This document shows positions 9,784 through 15,878 of a stretch of 20,000 nt of DNA, in pieces; position 1 is the first letter of the stretch; every line of letters starts with the position of its first letter. The stretch is from an uncultured virus (IMG/VR IMGVR_UViG_3300046532_001410) (lineage: Duplodnaviria > Heunggongvirae > Uroviricota > Caudoviricetes). A program made the translations under genes and the position numbers. Location of the stretch: IMG/VR virus record IMGVR_UViG_3300046532_001410; one strand, written 5' to 3'. The notes below the pieces were generated by a model that was not told where the DNA came from, made no database searches, and saw nothing but the letters and a program-made list of their open reading frames with translations.

Positions 9784-9797
9784 GGAGAATGAATTAA

Positions 9798-10250
9798 ATG
9801 CCAAATTGGAAAAAAGTAGTAGTATCGGGTTCAAGTGCCCACCTAAATGAAGTAACTGCATCTGGAGTTATATGGACTGAATCTGATATAAGTGGTTCAA
9901 CCATACGAGCTAGTGGTGATATCATTGCTTACAATTCATCCGACAAAAATTTAAAAGATAATATAACATATATAGGTAACTCATTAGAGAAGTTGCAGAA
10001 AATTGGTGGTTATGAATTTGACTGGAATAAAAAACAAGATATTTATTCAGGTCACGATGTTGGAGTTATTGCTCAAGAAATTGAGGCCATTTTACCATCT
10101 GCAGTCAATGACCGAGATACTGGTTACAAGGGTGTTCAGTATCATAAGATAATTCCATTATTAGTTGAGGGAATCAAGGAATTAAACCAAAAGGTCGACC
10201 ATCTCCAAAATCTCTTGGAAGAAAAAAATAGCTCTATAGAAAAAATTTAA
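9798..10250 (+). CDS. Peptidase S74 intramolecular chaperone domain protein (minimal fibre)
   Basis: SSDKNLKDNI..I...LEKLQKI.GYEFDWN...DVGVIAQEIE.ILP.AV...Y.GV.Y.KIIPLLVEGIKEL plus a C-terminal coiled coil. Confidence 0.9.
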   Translation: MPNWKKVVVSGSSAHLNEVTASGVIWTESDISGSTIRASGDIIAYNSSDKNLKDNITYIGNSLEKLQKIGGYEFDWNKKQDIYSGHDVGVIAQEIEAILPSAVNDRDTGYKGVQYHKIIPLLVEGIKELNQKVDHLQNLLEEKNSSIEKI

Positions 10251-10294
10251 TTAAAATGAGCGAATAAATAAATCGTTTTCAAGTTATACAATTA

Positions 10295-10302
10295 TATTTA
10301 TA
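10295..10302 (+). promoter_or_regulatory. Putative late promoter motif TATTTATA
   Basis: Intergenic, upstream of ORF 10340. Confidence 0.55.
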
Positions 10303-10339
10303 TACAACCGAATAAACATTATTATAAAGGAGTTATGAT

Positions 10340-10639
10340 ATGGCTGAAAAGCAAACAAAAGTGGATAAAACAAAAATAGTATTTTCAGAGGATGAGTTAA
10401 AATCCCTTGAAACTTTACGTACTTCATACAATACCATACAAAGTGATTTTGGTGTTATTAAAGTTCGTAAAATATTATTACAGCAACAACTGGATGGTTT
10501 AGAACAAACTGAAATAGAATTAGAAACCAGATATGCTGAAAATCAACAAAATGAACAAAAGTTAGTAAAAGAACTTAACGACAAGTATGGTGCTGGTAAT
10601 TTAGATATTGGTACTGGTGAATTTACACCGAATAGTTAA
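10340..10639 (+). CDS. Small coiled-coil protein upstream of sheath
   Basis: 99 aa heptad-rich sequence ending LNDKYGAGNLDIGTGEFTP; AAGGAG RBS. Confidence 0.7.
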   Translation: MAEKQTKVDKTKIVFSEDELKSLETLRTSYNTIQSDFGVIKVRKILLQQQLDGLEQTEIELETRYAENQQNEQKLVKELNDKYGAGNLDIGTGEFTPNS

Positions 10640-10680
10640 GAAATTTCTCTAAGCTGATATCGTTTGGTGATTTAGCTTTA

Positions 10681-10688
10681 TACTTATA
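10681..10688 (+). promoter_or_regulatory. Putative late promoter motif TACTTATA
   Basis: Upstream of the sheath gene. Confidence 0.5.
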
Positions 10689-10738
10689 TAGTGTATAGTT
10701 TTATCTATGACAAATAATCAATAAATAGGAGAATAACA

Positions 10739-13078
10739 ATGGCCGAGAGAATAGTCTCACCAGGTGTATTTACAAGAGAAAAAGATTTATCTTTCCTACC
10801 ACAAGGTATTGCTGATATTGGAGCTGCAATCATTGGACCGACAGTTAAAGGTCCGGCGTTTGTACCAACACAAGTAACAAGTTTTTCGGAATTTGAAAAT
10901 ATCTTTGGTGGTTTAGATACTCGATTTTATGTACCATATACCGTCCAAGAATATATAAAGAATGCTCCGACCGTCACCATAGTTCGTGTATTAGGAATCG
11001 GTGGATATAAACATTCTGCAGTTAGAGTTAACTTATCAAGTTCACTCGGAACATATACTGCAGCAGTTTTAAAACCATCAAGACTAAGTAATACGTTGGA
11101 TTTAGGTGGTGTAACGAGTGCATCTTTAGCAGCGGGAGCTGATTTTGCTGGAGGCTCTATCACAATAGGTAGTGTATCTGCAAAAACAATAAGTTTTGAT
11201 ACAGGTTCGGATGATTACATCGAAAAAGTATTCGGAACAGACCCACAAACAACTAACACAAATGTATATGTGTATAAATCATTTAAAAAATTCCATTCAA
11301 GTAATGGATTTGATGCTAATGTAAGTATGAGTTTAGTCTCAGCTTCAACTGCAACTGGTGATGATTTTACACACGATTACAAAGTAGCAACAACACCTTA
11401 TATTGTATCACAATTAAGTGGTGGAGCTAGAAAAAATTTATTTAAAGTTAATACTCGTTCGCATGGTACGAATGTAAATGATGATTTCAAGATTGCAGTA
11501 GCAGATTTGACAACAGCAGCTAATGTACCAGGTTCTGATTATGGTTCTTTTGCACTCCGTGTATTAAGAAACAATCCAGGCGAAAACAATGATGGTGAAG
11601 TTCTTGAAGAGTTCACCAACCTTAGCTTTGACCCTGATTCAGTAAACTTTGTACCAAGAGCAATTGGTGATAGATATGTAACAATTGATACAGAAGGCAA
11701 ACTTACCTACAATGGTGATTGGCCAAATCAATCAGTTCATGTATATCTAAGTGATTACTCTTCAAATCTTGAGGGAATAGCATCAGATTTATTACCACAT
11801 GGATTTGCAGCAGCATCTAACCCAGTTCTCGGTACTACACAAATCCCAAGTGCAAGTTTTGTTTCACAACAAACTAACACACTCGGTGTATTTGACCAAA
11901 ATGTGTACTATGGTTGGGATTTCTCAAATACTGACAATAAAGCATTCACATCACCAATACCTGCAAGTGCTGGTACTGGTAATAATGCAGTATTCAGTTT
12001 AGAGAATATGTTAGGACACGCGGATGCAACTACAATAGGGGATACCCAAGAATCAGTAGCAGCAGAGGCAATTACATTAGCTCTTTCAGCGAAAGCTCAA
12101 AGAAAATTTATAATTCCTTTTCAGCATGGATTTGATGGAGATGACCCGACTGTATTGAAAGCAACTGGTAATGATATTTCTGCAACAAACCAACAAGGTT
12201 TAGATTGTAGTGGTACTACTGCTAGTGGTTCAATCGCGTACAAACGAGCAATTAATGCTGTATCAAACCCAGATGAGTTTGATATTAACTTACTTGTAAC
12301 ACCTGGTATTATACACGAATATCACAATTCCGTTTCAAACCACGCTATATCAAAAGTAGAAGCTCGTGCAGATGCTTTTTATGTAATGGATGGTTCAAGA
12401 TGGGGTAGAAGTGTAGCTAATTCAATCAATGATATTAAAACATTGGATACGAATTATGCTGGTGTATATTATCCTTGGGTCAAGATACTTGATTCAGTAA
12501 AGAATAAACCAATGTGGGTTCCGCCTTCCGTAGTGATACCTGGTGTGATTAGTTTCACAGATAGTGTAGCACACGAATGGTTTGCTCCTGCTGGTTTAAA
12601 CAGAGGTGGATTGAGTTCAGTATTGGAAGCAAAAACACGACTAACACATACAGAACGAGATGATTTGTATGAAGGTCGTTTGAATCCAATCGCTTCATTC
12701 CCAGGTCAAGGTGTTGTAGTTTTCGGACAGAAAACACTACAAGGTAAACCAAGTGCACTTGATAGAATCAATGTACGAAGATTGTTAATCAGACTTCGTA
12801 AGTTCATTGCTTCTTCATCAAGATACTTAGTATTTGAACAAAACACATCCGCAACAAGAAATAGATTCTTAGGAATCGTTAATCCTTTCTTAGCGAGTGT
12901 TCAATCAAATAGTGGTTTAAGTGCATTTAAAGTAGTAATGGATGATTCTAACAACACACCAGATGTTGTTGATAGAAACCAGTTAGTAGGACAGATATTT
13001 ATCCAACCTACACGAACTGCTGAGTTCATTGTACTTGACTTTGTAATTCAACCAACAGGTGCAGCATTTCCTGAATAA
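10739..13078 (+). CDS. Contractile tail sheath protein
   Basis: N-terminal SPGVFTREKDLS; C-terminal YYPWV, VPPS, WFAPAGLNRG, FGQKTLQ..SALDRINVRRL, FEQN and IQPTRTAEFI, all hallmark sheath motifs. Confidence 0.97.
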   Translation: MAERIVSPGVFTREKDLSFLPQGIADIGAAIIGPTVKGPAFVPTQVTSFSEFENIFGGLDTRFYVPYTVQEYIKNAPTVTIVRVLGIGGYKHSAVRVNLSSSLGTYTAAVLKPSRLSNTLDLGGVTSASLAAGADFAGGSITIGSVSAKTISFDTGSDDYIEKVFGTDPQTTNTNVYVYKSFKKFHSSNGFDANVSMSLVSASTATGDDFTHDYKVATTPYIVSQLSGGARKNLFKVNTRSHGTNVNDDFKIAVADLTTAANVPGSDYGSFALRVLRNNPGENNDGEVLEEFTNLSFDPDSVNFVPRAIGDRYVTIDTEGKLTYNGDWPNQSVHVYLSDYSSNLEGIASDLLPHGFAAASNPVLGTTQIPSASFVSQQTNTLGVFDQNVYYGWDFSNTDNKAFTSPIPASAGTGNNAVFSLENMLGHADATTIGDTQESVAAEAITLALSAKAQRKFIIPFQHGFDGDDPTVLKATGNDISATNQQGLDCSGTTASGSIAYKRAINAVSNPDEFDINLLVTPGIIHEYHNSVSNHAISKVEARADAFYVMDGSRWGRSVANSINDIKTLDTNYAGVYYPWVKILDSVKNKPMWVPPSVVIPGVISFTDSVAHEWFAPAGLNRGGLSSVLEAKTRLTHTERDDLYEGRLNPIASFPGQGVVVFGQKTLQGKPSALDRINVRRLLIRLRKFIASSSRYLVFEQNTSATRNRFLGIVNPFLASVQSNSGLSAFKVVMDDSNNTPDVVDRNQLVGQIFIQPTRTAEFIVLDFVIQPTGAAFPE

Positions 13079-13103
13079 GTTTAACTTATAAAATAGCTTA
13101 TAC

Positions 13104-13144
13104 GAAAAACCCACAATCTTAAATGACTGTGGGTTTTTCTTTTT
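13104..13144. terminator. Bidirectional rho-independent terminator
   Basis: Perfect 12-bp inverted repeat GAAAAACCCACA (13104-13115)/TGTGGGTTTTTC (13128-13139), giving a T-tract on each strand; sits between convergent units. Confidence 0.85.
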
Positions 13145-13275
13145 AGGAGGTCACAATGAATAAATTTTGAGAGTTTAACCACCTAACTCACAAGGGTTGT
13201 TTCTAATTTCGTGAAACACTACATAACCCAAACCGATTCCAAATTATCGTAGTATATCGGCAACCCACGAATCTA
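13145..13275 (-). ncRNA. Candidate multi-pseudoknot non-coding RNA
   Basis: Five complementary segment pairs in the order a-b-c-d-c'-d'-a'-b'-e-e'. G-U pairs favour the minus strand. The 3' tail contains ACCUCCU. Confidence 0.55.
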
Positions 13276-13281
13276 ATATAA

Positions 13282-13530
13282 TTACATTAGTTCTAACATA
13301 GCAAAAGGAACATTATACAACCTACCATTCATATCAACAATAGCCTTTTTAATATTCATCTTAGTGATGACACCAGGAGTTTTCTTTGTCTTTTGAACAA
13401 CATAAACCTTAGCTCCAACACATAACGATGATTTTCCCAACATAGTCTTACAATCATTAATATAGGAAGATAATTCATTCAGTTCTGACAGTGAATTTAA
13501 TCCCCTAATTTGTTGTTTTATCTTAATCAT
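13282..13530 (-). CDS. Small protein: N-terminal helix plus SH3/KOW/Tudor-like barrel
   Basis: 82 aa; pattern LCVGAKVYV...TPGVITKMNIKKAIVDMNGRLYNVPFAML; AAGGA RBS and its own promoter. Confidence 0.7.
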   Translation of the reverse strand: MIKIKQQIRGLNSLSELNELSSYINDCKTMLGKSSLCVGAKVYVVQKTKKTPGVITKMNIKKAIVDMNGRLYNVPFAMLELM

Positions 13531-13550
13531 ATTTTATTTCCTTTATTTGT

Positions 13551-13586
13551 TACCTTAATATAAGGCCATTTCGCCATATAAGTCAA
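13551..13586 (-). promoter_or_regulatory. Sigma70-type promoter P1 (TTGACT-N18-TATATT)
   Basis: -35 at 13581-13586, -10 at 13557-13562, A-rich upstream tract; ~25 nt before the 82-aa ORF. Confidence 0.75.
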
Positions 13587-13594
13587 GTGTTTTT

Positions 13595-13684
13595 TTATTT
13601 TTTTTTCGCACAATACCAATTACAATATTTATTACCCTTATACACTACTACTGCTTTTATTTTTTTACATTTATTACAACTCAT
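13595..13684 (-). CDS. 29-aa four-Cys zinc-finger microprotein MSCNKCKKIKAVVVYKGNKYCNWYCAKKK
   Basis: Translated by hand; not in the ORF track. CxxC...CxxxC, GGAAG RBS-like sequence, directly downstream of promoter P2. Confidence 0.65.
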   Translation of the reverse strand: MSCNKCKKIKAVVVYKGNKYCNWYCAKKK

Positions 13685-13704
13685 TATTTATCTTCCATTT
13701 CTTA

Positions 13705-13740
13705 TACCTTAATATACAACATAAATACTATACAAGTCAA
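13705..13740 (-). promoter_or_regulatory. Sigma70-type promoter P2 (TTGACT-N18-TATATT)
   Basis: -35 at 13735-13740, -10 at 13711-13716; same hexamers, spacing and downstream AAGGTA as P1. Confidence 0.75.
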
Positions 13741-13813
13741 GGATTATTTTCAAAAAACTTCAATAAAACTTCAAAGAATGATGTAAGAAATTACACATTT
13801 TTTAAGAACCTGA

Positions 13814-13821
13814 TATTTATT
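13814..13821 (+). promoter_or_regulatory. Putative late promoter motif TATTTATT (context CTGATATTTATTA)
   Basis: Upstream of the tube gene, which needs its own promoter after the sheath terminator; identical 13-mer at 15631. Confidence 0.6.
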
Positions 13822-13862
13822 ATCGAAGAAAAAAACAGCATTAATTTAAACGGAGATAGGCA

Positions 13863-14354
13863 ATGGCCGACATACTAACAACAGATGAAATCTTTTTTAA
13901 AGCATTTGAACCGAAAACAAAGAATAGGTTCATTATGTATATTGATGGGATACCATCTTATTTCGTAAAGACAGCTAATAGACCACAGATTACTTTTGAA
14001 GAAATCGAACTTAACCATATCAATGTAAAACGATATGTTAAGGGTAAAGGTACGTGGGAGCCATTAGAGATAACTCTATATGACCCAATCGTTCCAAGTG
14101 GTGCACAAGCAGTAATGGAATGGGTAAGATTACATCACGAATCAGTAACAGGTCGCGATGGATATGCAGACTTTTATAAAAAAGAAGTTCGTTTCAATCT
14201 TTTAGGACCAGTCGGTGATAAGGTTGAAGAATGGGTACTACATGGTGCTTTCATTCAAACTGCAAACTTCAATGATTTAGATTTTGCTAATGGAACAGAT
14301 GTTGCTGATATATCGTTAACACTACGTTACGATTACGCAGTACTCTCGTTCTAA
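13863..14354 (+). CDS. Tail tube protein (T4 gp19-like)
   Basis: 163 aa; FEPKTKNRF, VKGKGTWEPLEITLYDPI, DFYKK, VEEWVLHGAF, LTLRYDYA; follows the sheath. Confidence 0.92.
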   Translation: MADILTTDEIFFKAFEPKTKNRFIMYIDGIPSYFVKTANRPQITFEEIELNHINVKRYVKGKGTWEPLEITLYDPIVPSGAQAVMEWVRLHHESVTGRDGYADFYKKEVRFNLLGPVGDKVEEWVLHGAFIQTANFNDLDFANGTDVADISLTLRYDYAVLSF

Positions 14355-14372
14355 AACCATAAGGAAAATACA

Positions 14373-14597
14373 ATGGCTTTTAAAGACATTTTTAAAGATG
14401 ATAACTCATATAACGAGAAATCAATCATAGGGTTTGGTGCGTTTGCTGTAATGGTATTATTTGCAGGTGCAGATGTTGTAACTGGTATTATGGGTAAAGA
14501 TTTAGTAATCAACGATGTTGTTTACAATTCATTCCTATTCACCACTTTAGGTTCATTTGGAATCGCAGGAGCTGAAAAAGTATTAGGAAAAAAATAA
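14373..14597 (+). CDS. Small two-TM membrane protein (holin-like)
   Basis: 74 aa; hydrophobic segments IIGFGAFAVMVLFAGADVV and VVYNSFLFTTLGSFGIAGA; basic C-terminus. Confidence 0.55.
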   Translation: MAFKDIFKDDNSYNEKSIIGFGAFAVMVLFAGADVVTGIMGKDLVINDVVYNSFLFTTLGSFGIAGAEKVLGKK

Positions 14598-14622
14598 ATT
14601 TGATTTTACGAAAGTAAATTAA

Positions 14623-14630
14623 TAGTTATA
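14623..14630 (+). promoter_or_regulatory. Putative late promoter motif TAGTTATA
   Basis: Upstream of the chaperone gene; followed by AGTAT, as at 3686. Confidence 0.45.
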
Positions 14631-14670
14631 AGTATAATGGTTTTAAACACATTTCATAGGAGAAATAATA

Positions 14671-15447
14671 ATGGCTGATAATCAGTTCACGTTTCCTACT
14701 GAAGTTCTATCATTACCTTCAAAGGGTAAACTTTATTCAGAAGATAGTCCATTAAGTAGCGGAACAATCGAAGTCAAGTATATGACTGCAAAAGAGGAAG
14801 ATATCTTAACTTCCACAAATCTAATAGAAAAGGGATTAGTAATTGATAAATTATTATCAAGTGTTATTGTCGACCCGAAAGTTAAATTAGATGATTTATT
14901 AATTGGTGATAAAAATGCACTAATGTTAGGTACTCGTGTATTAGGATATGGCCCTAATTATGATGTACAAATAACTGACCCAGATACAGGTTTAGAAGTT
15001 GAACATACTTTTGATTTAACAAAATTATCAACAAAAGAAGTAGATGAAAAATTATTCGAATCCGGTAAAAATAAATTCAAATTTACATTACCACACTCTA
15101 AACGAGTTATTGAATTTAAACTAATGACTCATAAAGATGAGCGAGAAGTTGAAAAGGAAATAGAGGGTTATAAGAAAATAACTCAAGCAACGGGTGTTTC
15201 AAATGAGTTAACTACACGATTGAAGAAACAAATCATTTCAATAGATGGTGAAGTCGATAGATTAAAGGTTAATGATTTTGTAGAGAATCAGTTTCTTGCT
15301 AGGGATACACGAGAGTTTCGTAAGTATTTAATAAAAGTAACTCCAGATATTACATTTGAAGCAGAATACCTTAGTCAAATAGGAGAATCCCATATGGTAA
15401 ATATACCAGTAGGGGTACGATTTTTTTGGCCTGAATCCCAAGTATAA
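14671..15447 (+). CDS. Tail assembly chaperone/baseplate hub assembly protein (T4 gp26-like)
   Basis: LPSKGKLY, VKYMTAKEEDILT, LLIGDKNALMLGTRVLGYG, terminal FFWP; between tube and tape measure. Confidence 0.8.
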   Translation: MADNQFTFPTEVLSLPSKGKLYSEDSPLSSGTIEVKYMTAKEEDILTSTNLIEKGLVIDKLLSSVIVDPKVKLDDLLIGDKNALMLGTRVLGYGPNYDVQITDPDTGLEVEHTFDLTKLSTKEVDEKLFESGKNKFKFTLPHSKRVIEFKLMTHKDEREVEKEIEGYKKITQATGVSNELTTRLKKQIISIDGEVDRLKVNDFVENQFLARDTREFRKYLIKVTPDITFEAEYLSQIGESHMVNIPVGVRFFWPESQV

Positions 15448-15619
15448 AGTTCAACTACACGAGGAAATCTTCTCGGTAGTTTATCACGATTCAAAATTCA
15501 CTTTCACCGAATTATATACTATGCCAGTATATTTAAGAAGATTCTATGTCGATAGGTTAGTAGAAGTCCGCGGAAAAGAAGTAGAAGAACAGAAAAAAAG
15601 AAATCAAAGAAAAAAGTAA
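15422..15619 (+). CDS. Start-less overlapping frame: probable frameshift extension of the tail assembly chaperone
   Basis: 65-codon +1 frame FFGLNPKYKVQLHEEIFSVVYHDSKFTFTELYTMPVYLRRFYVDRLVEVRGKEVEEQKKRNQRKK beginning at a T7 run; in-frame TAG at 15410-15412. Confidence 0.7.
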   Translation, partial: FFGLNPKYKVQLHEEIFSVVYHDSKFTFTELYTMPVYLRRFYVDRLVEVRGKEVEEQKKRNQRKK

Positions 15620-15634
15620 AATCTAATAATCTGA

Positions 15635-15642
15635 TATTTATT
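15635..15642 (+). promoter_or_regulatory. Putative late promoter motif TATTTATT (context CTGATATTTATTA)
   Basis: Upstream of the tape measure unit. Confidence 0.55.
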
Positions 15643-15673
15643 AATGGTTAAACTTATTCATAGGGAATCCATA

Positions 15674-15865
15674 ATGAAAATAAACGAAATACAAAAACAA
15701 AAACTTAAAGAAGCAGGACTTTGGGAAGGCTTCTTTGACTCGTTAAAAAAGAGTATCAAAAAGTTAACTGATAGAGATATACAAAAGATAGCTAATAAGG
15801 GTAATAAAGAAATGGCTAATTTTTTAAAAGACTTCAAATCAGACCCAGAAAAATATGGTTATTAA
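15674..15865 (+). CDS. Hypothetical small protein upstream of tape measure
   Basis: ATG 15674 follows AGGGA; alternative start at 15644. Confidence 0.55.
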   Translation: MKINEIQKQKLKEAGLWEGFFDSLKKSIKKLTDRDIQKIANKGNKEMANFLKDFKSDPEKYGY

Positions 15866-15878
15866 TACGGGATAAATT

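Noticed and set aside
9789..9797. Mini-ORF ATG AAT TAA before the S74 gene
   Set aside because: Its ATG is only 1 nt from the SD, so initiation is unlikely; probably chance.
13167..13275. HDV-like/theta or pistol ribozyme assignment
   Set aside because: Helix order lacks the HDV P1.1/P4/J4-2 arrangement and the pistol conserved core; left unassigned.
13626..13633. Extra TATTTATT late-motif copy
   Set aside because: It lies inside the antisense microprotein ORF, ~230 nt from the next + strand gene, and is plausible by chance in AT-rich DNA.
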